Shown here piece after piece: positions 26,870 through 39,540 of a stretch of 64,000 nucleotides of DNA; the first letter of the stretch is position 1, and the number at the start of each line of letters is the position of its first letter. A program made the position numbers and the translations under genes. The notes beneath the pieces are model-generated. The model did not search any database and was not told the origin of the DNA. It worked only from the letters and a program-made list of their open reading frames with translations. The DNA is from the human T2T-CHM13v2.0 reference genome, Homo sapiens, in assembly GCF_009914755.1 (NCBI RefSeq), contig NC_060939.1. The stretch is one strand, 5' to 3'.

Positions 26870-28510
26870 TGGCATCAGTCATGTAGCCCCCCAAGCCAAA
26901 CACCCAAGCATCACTCCAGAGTCCTCTCTTTCCCTCTTTCACCTCGCATCCTATCACCACAGTCAGCCGATTCCTGAATATTTCTCAAACTCATATTCTC
27001 CCCAGTTCTCCCCACCCCCTTCTGGGCACAAAGGTCTCAGCTGCTTCCTATCCTCCTGCCTGCAGTCCCCCAGCCACCCCCATCCACACAGTGGCAATCA
27101 GAACGGCCTTTCCCAGTCACAAATATGACCTCATCCCCGCTCCACTTAAAACCCGCCCAGGAAGCCTCGCCAGGCCAGACGCGAAACTCCGAAGCCCTGA
27201 GGAGCAGCCTGACAGATTTGACTAAATAAAGATCTAAAGCTTCTCTATGACCAAAGATACCACAGACAAAGTTAAAAAAGACAAACAGCAGACTAGGGAA
27301 AGTATCTCCAACACACAAAACAGACAAAGTTTTTAAATTCCTAATGCACTAAAAGCTCTTTTATATCAATAAGAAAAAGGCAAAAAGAAAAGAAAAATGG
27401 GCAAAGGACGTGAACAGTCCATTCACAGAGGAAGAAACACCCATGGGCAAAAACTGCACGAAAAGATGCTCAGCCTCGCTGGGGAGAAGCAGAGTGAGTG
27501 TGGAGACCATAGTGAGATATTTTTCTAGATCGGCAAATATCCGGAAGATTGAGAATGTTCAATGTGGAGGATGGTATGGGGAAATGGTCACTCTCAGATA
27601 CCAAGGGGGCAGCATCAGCTGGCCCAACCTTGGGAAGAGCAAGGTTGCTATAAAAACTGAGCAAGCAGACCCTTCACCCCGGCCACTCGCATCTAGAAAT
27701 CTATCCTGCAGAAAGGCTTACGGGTGTCAGCAAGATATATATAAGGATGCTCCCCGAAGCATTATTTGCAAGAGTGAAAAATGGAAGACAATCTAAATAT
27801 CCATCAATCCAGGACTAGTTACATAAATTATGCTTTGTACAAACAATGGAATATTAGGCAACGATTAAAAAGAACACGGCAGATCTGGGTGCCATGACAT
27901 TGACTGATGCCCACAATATACTGGGAAGTGAAAAATGGAACTGGTGGGGTAATGTGCATAATATGATTCCGTTTCCTTTTTTAGCAATACACAATAAATA
28001 TGTTTGCAATAGCACAGAAAATGTTCTGAAAGGAAACATACCAGGCCAACAGCAGTGGGACATGGGCAGAGTGGGCTTTAAAGGCAAAGAGGGACTTTCC
28101 TACTTTACAGGACACACTTCTATATTGTTTCCGTTTTTTAATTTTGCTTGAGCAAATACTGCTTTTATGGTAAAAAAAAAAAAAAATTCCTCCTCCCATA
28201 ACCCCTCACAGGCTGCAGGACAAAGTTCAAATTCCCTGGCGTGGCACCCTAGGACCCTGAGGACACAGCCTCTGGGCAACCCCAGCTCTGGTCTTCCCTT
28301 TTCCAGCCTTACCTTAAATCCAGATGCTCCCAACTCCCTTACATGTCCCCCAAGCTGCCTCTAGGCCTTTGTCCTGTATGGGTCCCTCTTCCTGGAATGT
28401 CCTTTCCTGCCTTCTGTGCCTTGCCTTTTAAGTAACTGCTCAGGTGTCACCACCTTCTGGAAACTCTCCCCAAACACTCCCCCACACTCTGCCTTGGTGG
28501 GCCCATTGCT
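26870..28510 (+). mobile_element. Old L2, split by L1ME (L2 parts ~26870-27155 and ~28187-28510)
   Basis: ...ctccacttaaaaccc then caggacaaagttcaaattccctggcgtggca...ccttcctggaatgtcctt-like sequence, collinear with the L2 consensus. Confidence 0.6.
27160..28186 (+). mobile_element. L1ME 3' ~1 kb with A tail
   Basis: gatttgactaaataaa...aaaaatgggcaaaggacgtgaacagtccattcacagaggaagaaa...ends in an A run. Confidence 0.85.
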
Positions 28511-28539
28511 TCTGTAACATGTAACAGTGGTGACAGTCG

Positions 28540-28760
28540 ACATTTAGGAAGTGCACCTCGTTCACTGGGGGCTGTGCAACGTGCCTTGCATTGTATTGAC
28601 TCATTGAATCCTCCTAGCAACCCTCTGAGATAGGTTTATTATCACCTCATTTAACAGATGGGGAAACTGAGGTACAGAGAGGTTACATGACTTGCTCAAG
28701 CTCACACAGCCAGTAATTAGAGGGGGTAAGTGGACCTAGGCAGAGGGTCTTATGCAGCCT
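28540..28760 (-). mobile_element. MIR
   Basis: ctcattgaatcctc...catttaacagatggggaaactgaggtacagagaggttacatgacttgctcaag. Confidence 0.85.
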
Positions 28761-29909
28761 TCTACTAGTGCTTGGCACACAGGGCTGGAAACTCCTGGTC
28801 CCTGTACCTGCCAGGCTCCAAGACTGGCCTGTGAGCTCAAAGCTGGGATTTGCCTTCCCCTGCAACTGCTCCCCCACCACTGCAGAAGCTGGGCACGGTG
28901 GAGGGTGCACCAGGGTCTGCTGGGGTCAGAAGCCAGCCCCCGTCCCAAGCCAGCCAGGACTAAATTAGGCTCCCCGGGGCTGGTCTCCTGGGTAGGGGGC
29001 TGGGCTGGGGGTGGGGACCAGTCCCAAAACAGCCAGCTGACCCAGGATGGCCAAGGAAATGGATGGGTTTGTAGAGATGCAGTCCCTCCCCAGGCAAGGA
29101 CCCCAGTGACCTCCCATGCACCTACTGTGTGCCAGGCCCAGGGGGCAACTGGCCCAGGAAGCTAGGGCAAAGAGACTCCCCTGCCCTCCATGCAGCTGCC
29201 AAGTCAGACGCAGGGAGGCCAGAAGCCTACAAGGGGCTGGGCAACAAGCTCGGGGTGGTGCCCGGGGAGGGCTCTGGGTTCTGACTGGGTGAGTGCGCAC
29301 AGGGTCTCCATGAAGGCAGTGGCACCTGGGCCCAGCCTAGAAGGATGGGGGGTGTGGACAGATAGAGTTGGGGGAGGGAAGCTCCAGGGGCCAGAGGCAG
29401 CTTGAGCAAGGGCCTGGAGGGGGTGGGTGTGGGGAGTGGGGGTAAGAGTCATTGGTTGTGGCTGGAGCAAGGTGGGAAGCTGCAGGGGATGGGGTGGGTG
29501 GGTATGCTAGAGGCCTCTGGAGAAACACGGAGGAGGAGCTGTGCCTCCAGCCCAGCAGGGAAGGGGTGATCTGTGGAGGAGGCAGCTTGACCGAGGATCT
29601 GAGGATCTGAGCTTGTCAGGCCAGCTCCGCCTTTGCAGTTAGCAGTGTGGCTGTGGCCTACTTTCAGGACCTTGGCTCCCTCACCTGTGGACCAATAACC
29701 CAACCTCACAGACTGCTGAGGGGACTAACTGAGACAGTGGTTTATGGCACCAGGAACCCAGGGAGGCAGTGGACATGTCTGGGGTATGGTGCTCCCTGGG
29801 GATGTCTGCCTGTGTACCAGTGAACTTGTGTGCACACATGCCCCTGAAGGCCTCCCATCCCAGAGTAGGTATTCAAACACGTAGAATCCTTGTTTAAAGT
29901 ATAACTTTA

Positions 29910-30200
29910 GGCAGGGTGCAGTGGCTCACACCTGTAATCCCAACAGTTTGGGAGGCTGAGGCGGGAAGATCACTTGAGGCCAGGAGTTTGAGACCAGCCT
30001 GGGCAACATAGTGAGACCCCGTCTTAAAAAAAAAAAAAACGCCAGGAATGGTGGTGCATCTGTAGTCCCAGTTACTTGGGAGGCTGAAGTGGGAGAATAA
30101 CTTGAGCCCAGGAGGTTGAGGCTTCCATGAGCCATGATCACAACACTGCTCTCCATTCTGGGTGACACAGTGAGACCCCATCTCTAAAAAATAAATAAGT
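29910..30200 (+). mobile_element. Alu (AluJ-type), full length
   Basis: Dimer with J diagnostics (cttgaggccaggagtttgagaccagcctgggcaacatag); degenerate TSD aaagtataactt / aaagtgtaaatt. Confidence 0.95.
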
Positions 30201-31394
30201 AAAAGTGTAAATTCAAGATAATGGGATTTCAGACTCTTCCCCTTAAAGCAATGCAGGAGGCAGAGCCCCACGATCCTGAGCAGGTCCCTACTGTCCTGGG
30301 GCCTGGGCTTCCCCAGGTGGGTGGTGGGCGGCTGTCTAGGTGGCTTCTCCAGCCCGGCTATTTGGAAGCAGCTGGAGCATGGCAGGAGGGCAATGGGTGT
30401 GAGTGCCTGGAAATCCAAAGGGGTGGGACCCGGAATGGGGAGGGGAAGGTGAAGGAGGCAGAAGATCCTCCTTTCTGGGCTAGTCCCAAGCCCTAAGTCT
30501 GTGGTCGGAGGCCTCAGCCTGATGTCCCCTGTCCCCCACCCAACTGAGGCCCTCCTCACTCCCCCTGCTCCGAGAACCTCAACCGTGCTGGAAGCCCTGC
30601 ACCAGCCCTGGATGCCAGGCTGACTGGCCCAGACTCCCCTGACTGGCTCCCCTGCTCCCGCCGATGCTCAGGCTATGTTCACTCAGGCGAGAGTGGAAGA
30701 GTCATAAAGAAGCCCCCAGCTCCTACTGCAAGTTCACCCTCAGCAATACCAGCATGCAGGCCTGGGGGAAGGCAAGACCCGGGAACATGCCCAGCCTGGC
30801 TACTTCAAGCCAAGGGGCATCAGGCAGTGCCTGTGTTTCTGTTTCTTCTTCCATGGAAGGGATACATGTGCCTCCCTTGCAGGGTGTCATCATCAGCCCA
30901 GTGCCCCCACCGTCAACCCTCTCACAGGTAAGTCCCTTGGTTCACCATGAGCTGAGGTGTTCTGGGGGGTCACAGTCAGTTATGCTGGGAGAACACTTAC
31001 CCTAGACTCTCTAAACTGCCCATGGGCACCATCCTTGCCTCTTCGGGGACCCCATCACAGCCTCCTCAATGGCCCCTGCCTCCAGCACCTCCATCTCCCA
31101 CCTGCTGCCAGAGGAACACTCTGAATACAGAGCCATGTCCCTGCCAGTCCCCTGGGCCTCCCCCACCTCAGCTCTGATCACTTGGTGCTCTCATCACCTG
31201 TTTGCTTGTGCCCCCACTAGCCCTGTGGGCAGGGATCATGGCTGATTCCTCTAGGCAATCCCAGAAACTAGTGCAGGGCCTGGCACAGGAGCCTTGCCCA
31301 GAGACAGCAGACTTGGCAGTGGGAATGGACAAACAGGGCCATTTACCCCTTCTACCCTGGCACCTGCTTTTCTATTGGCATATCCACGACAATG

Positions 31395-31690
31395 CTGAGC
31401 TCAGTGTGGGGCCAGGATCAGGGCTCGGTGTAGGACCAGGATCAAGGTTAAGTCTGTTCAGGATCAGGGCTCAGTGTGAGGCTCGAATCAAGGCTCTGTG
31501 CGTGGCTGGGGTCAGGGCTTACTGTAGGACCAGAATGAAGGTTCAGTTGATTCAGGATCAGGGCTCAGTGTGAGGCTGGGATCAACGCTCAGTGCGCAAC
31601 TGAGGTCAGGGCTCATTGTAAAACCAGGATCAAAGTTCAATCTGTCCAGGACCAGGGTTTAGTGTGGGGCTGGGGTCAGGTCTTAATGAG
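31395..31690 (+). repeat. Diverged 24-bp minisatellite, ~12 units, 94-bp higher-order period
   Basis: Units like GGACCAGGATCAGGGCTCAGTGTG; ttcaggatcagggctcagtgtgaggct at 31457 and 31551. Confidence 0.85.
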
Positions 31691-32208
31691 GGACATTTTC
31701 TGTCCCCCCCTGTGAAAAGCCCAGGACTCTCTACCACCTTACCCAGGGCTTTGACAATTAACATAACCTGTCCCCCAGGGGCCAGGGCCTGTCTCCTGAG
31801 CCCCTACTATGCCTGCCTTCTATCCTGGTTAGGCTGGTCCTATGCTCCACTCCAGGCAGCTGTGCTGGGATTCCCAGATTCCCTCTGCCCTAGCAGAAGT
31901 GGCTCGAGCAGGGAAGCTCTTCCTTGCCTCCCCACCTAGCCTTCAAAAACACAGTGAGGACAGTCAGCCTTCTAGCGTGGATGCACTCCCAAGCCAAAGT
32001 GAAAAAGTGCTTTGTGGGTTATCCACCCACTGCCACCCACTGCCCCATTCTATTTGCCCAGGTGATCCAGTGCCAGTGGAGGTAAACCCAGGTCTGGCTG
32101 AACATGAAAGTGAAGGTGTTGGCTGGCACATGGCAGCATTGAGATGCACAACCCAAAATACCTCCTCCCGTCACAGGGCCTGAAATCTCTTTTTTCCAAA
32201 AGAGGGAA

Positions 32209-32308
32209 GCAGAACAGTACTAGTCCTGACCTTTGGAAGGCAGAGTGGGCACTGTCTTGGGGCTACCACCATCGGGCTTCAGTTTATCCTTGCGGACAGG
32301 CTCAACCC
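32209..32308 (+). repeat. Local direct duplication, copy 1
   Basis: gcagaaca..ctagtcctgacc..ggcagagtgggcactgt..ggcttcagt..ggacaggctcaaccc recurs at 32808. Confidence 0.9.
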
Positions 32309-32644
32309 AGCGGCTCCTTGCTTTTAAGCCACCTTGCTGACGCTCCTGTCTGAAACCTCCATCCTGGTTCAGTTTTCAGCTCTCCAAGAGCATGGGCTGT
32401 TGGATCCCTGGCCCCGGGTGACCCAGGTTTGACCCAAGCCTACTCACTTACAAACCTCAGAAACAAGGACCAATTCAGAGACTGGCCTGGATGGACATCA
32501 GAGCTGGGCTTGCCTCTGAAGACAGCAGGGCCAGGGCAGGAGGCGGCACCTGCCCCCGAGCCTCCCAACAGCCCAGCCAAGCCCCCCACTGTCTCTGCTA
32601 CTCTCAAGCAGAGGGTCAAGTTGGTCTGCTGGCAAGACACATGG

Positions 32645-32780
32645 CTCTCATTTTAATTAATTAAAGAAAAATCTAATCACTGCATTAAACTTCTCATTAC
32701 TCCACTTGAATACCCGTTAAGTAAATTTAATTACCAGAGGATTGGGTTTCCCAGCCTCTTTCATTAGCTTCTGATAAGAT
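32645..32780. promoter_or_regulatory. Homeodomain-motif cluster, candidate enhancer
   Basis: TTAATTAATTAA (32653), CTAATC, CATTAA, CACTTGA (NKX2-type, 32703), TTAATTA, CATTAG and TGATAAG. Confidence 0.45.
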
Positions 32781-32807
32781 GGGGAGAGGGAGGGAAGAGG
32801 GCGGGCA

Positions 32808-32905
32808 GCAGAACAATGCTAGTCCTGACCCTCGGAGGGCAGAGTGGGCACTGTACTGGGGCCACCGCGGCAGGCTTCAGTGTTGCTTGGGGACAGGCTC
32901 AACCC
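32808..32905 (+). repeat. Local direct duplication, copy 2
   Basis: About 80% identical by eye to 32209-32308. Confidence 0.9.
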
Positions 32906-34417
32906 TGGGCCTGGGGGAGACCCTCCCACCCGAGATGCCCCTAGGAAAGCAAGGGCCTAGCATTTGGCTGCAGTCGGCACTGAATGCTTCATTTCCCGCC
33001 ACGGTTGGTTATTTATACCCCACCTCCCTCCAAAAGAATTGGAGGCTGCTGAGAACAACAGAAGCAGCACATGCTGAAAAACAAAGGAAGAAATCAGGAC
33101 AAAGGAAAAATGAGAAAGAAGAAGCCACAGACAAGGTTATTAAGCAACTGCAAGCCACAGCATCCTGGGCACTTATCAGAAATAGGCCACAAACCAACTA
33201 TGAGCTTCCTGGCAGTCAAGACAAAGACAGCAATGCACTTTGGTGCTGGGACGCAGTGACTAGCAGAGTATGAATGAGGCAATGCACACTGGGCCTTGGT
33301 CTTTCATCTGTGAAAAGGGTGGAGCTGGAAGATGGACTAATGCAGAAAACCACAGGCCGGAGCAGTCAGCAGAGGCTTCCTGGAGAAGAAGGGACCTGAA
33401 TTGGGCCTTGAAAAGCAGGAAAGGGCAGAGAGTGAGGAAGGGCATAATAGGCAACAGGAACCGCAGGTGAAGGTTGAGAGAAGAGGAATCACTAGAGGAG
33501 AAGCAGCAGAGGTGGAGGGCAAGTGCAGAGCCTGGGTGTGGAAGAGGTTTCTCCAAAGAAGGGGCCAAGGTCCCATCCCATCACCAGCCCCCAGGCTGGC
33601 TGCCAGCCCCCTATGGTAGGAGGCACCGGGGGCAGGAAGAGCAAAAACCAGAGAAGACAACACACTCAGGAGGTCCGGAACTGTCGAGGCTGGGACACAA
33701 GTTCCGCCTCCCTGCGCTAAAGGGTAGGCTGCCCAGATGCCCTCTATGGCCGGTGCGCTACCCTGTCCCCCAGCTGCCCAGAGGGTGGGCTGCTGCAGCT
33801 CAATGCTCCCCCTTTTCTAGAGAACTGCCCTCCACAAATGGGGGCCACCTCACCTGGGCCATCCAGGCCCTCCCATGGGTGGCTCACGGCCAATGACTGA
33901 TTGATACAGGGGCCCAAAAGCCCGACCTCCATGTGGGGGGTGGGAAGGGTAATTCTGTGTGTGAATTATGTTCCAGGGTTCCCTGGACCAGCCCAAGGCC
34001 CATCTTTGCCTGCGCTATCATTCCTACCCCGATTTCTTCTCTTCCTCCCTTTCCCTGAGGCCCTGCCCTCAATACAGCTCGTGTACACAAATCTTCGTCT
34101 CAGGCTCTGCCTCTAAGGATTCTGATCAACAATACACCCTTCTAAGTTCAAAAAAAAGAAACAAACAAAAAAACCAAACCAGCGATGTCCCAAACTTCCT
34201 GGAGGGGGAAGCAAGAAGGGGAAGGGAACAAGGATTTACTGAGAAACTGCTAGATGTCAGACCTTTCTGTACATCATCTCAGGGAGTTCTCTCAGCATCG
34301 CTGCCAGGTGAGATTCATTATCAGGTGAGAAAACTGAAGCTCAGAGAGGCATAGAGATTTGTCTGAGGATACACAGCACGTCCACATCCATCTATGACAT
34401 CATCTAGAATGATTATT

Positions 34418-34960
34418 TGTTATTTGCCTTCCCTAGTTGGGGAGGGGTCTCCTTTCTCCTGTCAGCAGGATCCTAAGATTCCTTTGGGAAACGCTCACCC
34501 CTCATTCCTGGTAACATGGTTGGGGAAGGACAGACCCTGACCCCCAGCCCATCAGTGTTTCTAAGTCCTGTGGACCCAGTTAAAGGTTCAGGATGAGCTG
34601 AATCGAGATCAACTCGAGGACTTTCGTTTGTTCTGTCAGAGAAGATTTTGTCTCCACCCCCAACCCTAGTTCCAAACCTAGAAGCATGTTACCACAGAAA
34701 CTGCTGCCAGGCATCTTTTGACCATGTCATGCCAAATGCCACTAAGCATGGAGCCATCACCAAGGAGAGGAGTGAAGGAATACAGACAAAAACCAGGTTC
34801 TGGTTGCACCGTTTGACTCACTGGATCAAGCCCTGCCTGAAGCCCATCTTACCACTAAATACTTTAGTTACAAGAGCTGATAACTTCATTTTAATGAAAT
34901 AGGGTTTGTTTTAGTTTTTGTACTTTGCTACTTACAATCAAAGGGATCCTGACCGATACA
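34418..34960 (+). mobile_element. MLT1 (K/L-type) MaLR LTR
   Basis: ctggatcaagccctgcctgaagcc...ttagttacaagagc...cttacaatcaaagggatcctgaccgataca end. Confidence 0.65.
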
Positions 34961-35367
34961 GTGTACAGAAAGATATCCCTTTTGTTCTGGGGATCAAGAA
35001 GGCTTGGGTATCTCCAGGAGCCAGGGAATGGGTAGAGGGGGGATGCCACCTACCCTGACTGCTGCTGTGTCCTGCTGGGTCCCAAAGCTTGAGAAGTCCC
35101 CTTGGCCCAGGCTGGGGTCAGGAGTAGACTTGGGAGCTGGTCCAGGAGCTGGATAGAGTCAGAGCCCTGGAGATGCAGGCTGAAGGCTGTGTAGCCCCAC
35201 AGACTCAAGGTAGCCAGGTCATGGTCATAAGATCCCTAGAAAGGAAGAGAAGCAAGAGTGAGTGGTAGGGTTCACAAGCGGCCTGAGGAGTACAGGAAGT
35301 AGGGCAGATGGTGGCCACACCTTGGTGAAGGTGAGACCAAAGGAAGATCCCTGGAAGCACCTCTAGA

Positions 35368-35574
35368 CCAGCACTGTTTGACAGAACTTTCTACCACAAT
35401 GACAATGTTCTGTCTCTGCACTGTCCAATATGGCAGCCACCAGTCATATGCGGATATTGCAATGTGGATAGTGTGATAAAAAAACTGATTTTTAATCTTG
35501 TTTTATTTTAATTAATTTACATTTAAGTCTAAATAGCCACATGTAACCAGTGGCTACCACACTGGACAACACAG
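35368..35574 (+). mobile_element. MER3 hAT-Charlie element
   Basis: agaactttct...ctgcactgtccaatatggcagccac...ttttaattaattt...aaatagccacatgt..agtggctacc..actggaca. Confidence 0.85.
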
Positions 35575-35909
35575 CTGTGGATCAACCCTTGCCTGCCTCC
35601 TGGCCACAGTACATGGGAAAAACTGAGGTCCAGAGAGGAGAAGGGATTTGCCCGAGGTCACACAGTGAGAGGGTGGCAAAGGCAAACACAGTTCCTCCAA
35701 CTCCCAGCCCTGATCCTCCATAGTACCCATTGCCCTTCCCACCATGGCCTCGTGTTTTCCCATCATGTTCATCGCCAGCAGTGTCTTGCTGTCCTGATAC
35801 CCATGCTGCCATCCCTAGGGAAGGGATGTCCCTGGGGAAGGGTGTCAGGCTACCCTTGAAGGGACCTACCTCCTCCAGCCACTGCCACTGGACCCTCCCT
35901 CAGCCCCTC

Positions 35910-36170
35910 TAGCAAAGCAGCCCCAATGCATGTCCTGAGATTGTCCCGGAAAACTGTCACTCAGAGGGGAAGACTCTTGGGCACAGAGCCGTTATTTATA
36001 ACAGCAAGACACTGCAGGCTGCCTAAACACTCCACGACAGAGATGACGGAGCAATTCACGGCACCCCTGCCAAGAGAGTATTACACAGCCATTAAAAATG
36101 ATCAAGCAGAGACCGGTAGTGACGCTGAGTAATGTTTTCGTGACAATAACGAGGTAGAAAACTGAGAAAA
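35910..36170 (+). mobile_element. Highly diverged L1ME fragment
   Basis: gttatttataacagcaa...cctaaa...gtattacacagccattaaaaatgat. Confidence 0.5.
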
Positions 36171-36469
36171 TGAGTGCAGGTGGGGGTTGGGTTGCAGGAT
36201 GTACGAGGCCCACTCCCATCTGTCACCCCCACCCACGCTGCGGCATCACAGGGTCCAGATTACAGATCCATTTTACAGGAGGAGCGGGTGTTCAGAGAAA
36301 GCAACCACATGCGTGCTCCTGGCTCCATGGAGAGTGTGGGCAGAGTGGGGCTTGAACACTTGATTTCTGATGCCAAAGACAGACTTCTACAGCTGCCCTT
36401 TGTGCCATGATGGCAGCATTACGGCTGCCCTTTCCTTCTTACTTACTCATCTTACGTAAACACATATGT

Positions 36470-36665
36470 GCATCGTACTTATTAAGTGCCAGGAACCTTC
36501 CTCAGCACTTGACAAATTAAAAGTTAACTCATGGAATCTGCACAACAACTGGGTGAGGGAACAATGATTACCTCTATGGTTTGGATGAGGAAACTGAGGC
36601 ACAGAGAGGTTAAGTAACCTGGGGCCACGTCTACTTCCCAAATATTCTGCAAGGTCTAGTACTGT
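36470..36665 (-). mobile_element. MIR
   Basis: gatgaggaaactgaggcacagagaggttaagtaacct. Confidence 0.85.
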
Positions 36666-36739
36666 CATCACAGGAAGAGGACAAGGGGGCAGGGAGGGAG
36701 TGGCTGTTGCCATGGAGGAGTGGAAACACGGACGGAGAG

Positions 36740-36930
36740 TTTTTCTCCTTTTTAATTTCATGGCAAATCTTTTGTATGGCAATTGAACGGAAAAAGTTCA
36801 AGAAGTAAAATAAAGGTAGCAAGGAAAAGGTTTTTTAAAAAATAAGCACACAAACAAAAATTAAAACTTATCAGATTGAAGTTGCGGATGCATCCGAGAG
36901 ACCTCGACTGTGAATGTAATACACCTCCCA
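36740..36930. promoter_or_regulatory. AT-rich unique island, candidate enhancer
   Basis: TTAATTTCATG, CAATTG, AATTAAA and CTTATCA; CpGs retained; no repeat recognised. Confidence 0.3.
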
Positions 36931-37491
36931 GCAGCAAAACTCATGTCCCTAGGCTTTTCTGCCAATTTCCCGACCTGGGACCACTCCCTCCTGCCTGGGT
37001 GAGATCCTCACCTCCGAGGGCAGCAGGGAGCAGCCCTGGGCAGAGGTAAACTTCAATAAACACCTCCTGGCTCCCTCCCGCCTCCAGGGCCCCTGCTGCC
37101 TGCAGTGCTCCAGCCGCCAGCAAGTGCTGAACCTCAGGACGCCATGGTATCCAGGCCTCTGCCTCTAGCCCCAGCCAGCCCCATTCCACAGGTGGAGCAA
37201 CGGAGGCCCAAAAGGTGAAAGACTTCACCAGAGGTCACACTGCTACTGAACACGAAACGCCTGTGTGTGTGCTTATGAGTGTGCATGAACATGGCCCACA
37301 GGGACACGTGTGTCTCCTACGCACGCAGGGCTTCAGGCCCAGGTGATTAAAAGGGCAGGTGATTCCCAGCTTACACACCCATGTGCACGCGTGCACACAC
37401 ACACACGCACACACACAAAACTGTCATATCATTAACTGCTACTACAGCCACAATGGCATCATCTGCTATTTCTTCTTGTTTTCTGTGTTAT

Positions 37492-38160
37492 TTTTCATTC
37501 ATGCATCAAATACTTATTCGGCACTTACTATATACTAGGTATATTATAGGGGCTAGGATTCACTGGGGTACAACACAGACAAGGTTGGTACTCTCATGAG
37601 GACAGGGGATACCGATGATAAGCAAATAAATAAGCAAATACATAAACAAGATAATTCCAGAGTGACATGCAATAATGATCATAAAACCTGGTAATGTGAA
37701 AGAGAAGACTTGGGCTAGGGCTGGTGGGTTACTCAAGCTAGAGGAGCAAGGAAGGTCTTTCTGAAGCGGCCATATTGGAATTTATTCTATGGGAAATGAA
37801 GCTGCAGAGGGAGGCTGGGGCCCTGAGGGCCAGGGTAAGGGCTTTGGATTTCATCCCAAATGCAATGAAAAGTAACTGGAGGGTTTTAACCAGGTAAGTG
37901 CTATGATGTTTTCTTCATTGTTAAGAGTTCTCTGGAGCTGCCAAGTGGAGATTGAACTCAAGGGGATCAGGCCTGGGGCAGAGGACCAGTGTCACAATCG
38001 CCCAAGGACAAGAAGACAGGCTTAGCCAGGGTGATGGCACAGAGAGGGAGGAAACAGATTCGGGCAGTGTGTTGTGGCAGAACCAGCTGGCTGATCAGCT
38101 GGATGTGAGGGGGTGGAGGTAAGAAAAGGAGAGTAATGAAGGAAGACTCGTGGAGCTTCT
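37492..38160 (-). mobile_element. L2 3' end
   Basis: ttcattcatgcatcaaatacttatt..gcacttactat...ggtaagggctttggatttcatcc..tgcaatg..aagtaactggagggttttaa. Confidence 0.8.
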
Positions 38161-39384
38161 ACCATAGACAAGGACTGCTTTCACAACCAGACCCCACCCC
38201 TCAAGAAACCTCGGGGGCCTGATCAGGACTTCCGGTCCCTAATGAACAGACTTGGCATGTGTGTGTCCAGAGAGCAGAGCTAGGCCTAAGGAGAAAAGAT
38301 TCCAGGGAAACAGATCTCTGTTCAGCATGAGAAGCAGTGAGTCTCCTGTCCCTGGAGGTATGCAAGCAGAGGTCTGGGGACCATGTGTGTTGGGTGGGGA
38401 TTTGCACTAAAAGGGGAGGTTGATTTCTGCCATGAGCTTCTTCAATTCTGTCAATACATGAATCAGGGCTAGATTGCACGGACTGAAGCGGGTGTTACAG
38501 AGAGTCAAGGGAAGGCAAGGTAACGTCCAGCATAATAGTTATTATTATTATTAGGACTTCACAGATCACAGAACGCTCCCACCGATTCTCTACCTGGATC
38601 TGCAGCCCACACTGTGAGGCAGATAGGGCAGCATGATCAGCCCAGTCTAACAGATGAGGAAACAGGCCCAGAGAGGGAGTGGGATCAGCCCAGGGTTCCA
38701 CAGCACATCAGCCTCAGATTCTCCGTGGCCTCACACCCTCTGTGGCCTCACACCTAGGGACCTTCTCCTCCCTCATCCCCAGTAGTCACCCCACCACCCC
38801 TGCCCTGGAAGACGCAGGAATCTCCCCACTCCACCCAGGCTTCCATCCAGCTGCCAAGACTCCCATCCCTGGAGGTTAGAGGCACTCTTTGCCCTCTGCC
38901 CCAAAACTTGAGAGGGGGTCTCAGCCTAGAAGATTTCCTCCCTGGTTACACAGGCCCTGATCCTCCACTCTGTCCCCCTTTACCCCTGGTGGTTTTGCCA
39001 CAGCCCCTTAAGTTGGTCCCTTCAAATTAGACCAGTACCAAATACTAGGCTTTGCCCAGAAATGAAATAAAGTAGGGTCCCTCCCACGAGGCGTCGTTCT
39101 TACCCCACACCTACAGCTGCTGTGGGCCAGGGGCAACCAGAGCCCACCTGACCACCTTCTGACCACCTTCCCCTTTCCTACCAGACAGGCAGAGAGGGCA
39201 CCTGGGCAGGTAGGAGTGTCAGGAGGTGGGGTCTCCCCGGGGGGCCTGGGATTGCCAGGTGGGGAAGCTGCCACCCACTGGCACTACATCATACACTGAA
39301 CACTCGGGATAATCTTTTTTTTTTAATTTTTGACCAGCAGTTTGCCCTGACAGACCCCAGGATAGTCTTGAGGGCCAAGTGGGA

Positions 39385-39540
39385 GCATCTCACTTTTCAG
39401 GTGAGGCAGTGAAAGCTGGGAGAGATTAAAGAACTTGTCCAAATTGAAAATATTAAATGGAAAGAAACAGCTTGTAAGTGCTGGAGCCAGAATTTGAACC
39501 CAGGGCCGACTGATTCCAAAGGTCCGGTGCTGTCCCCTGC
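39385..39540 (-). mobile_element. MIR fragment
   Basis: gagagattaaagaacttgtccaa...gagccagaatttgaacccagg..tgattccaaag. Confidence 0.65.

Noticed and set aside
29894-30559. Longest ORF in the window (221 aa)
   Set aside because: About half is antisense Alu translation; the rest has low-complexity GC-rich composition and no recognisable domain.
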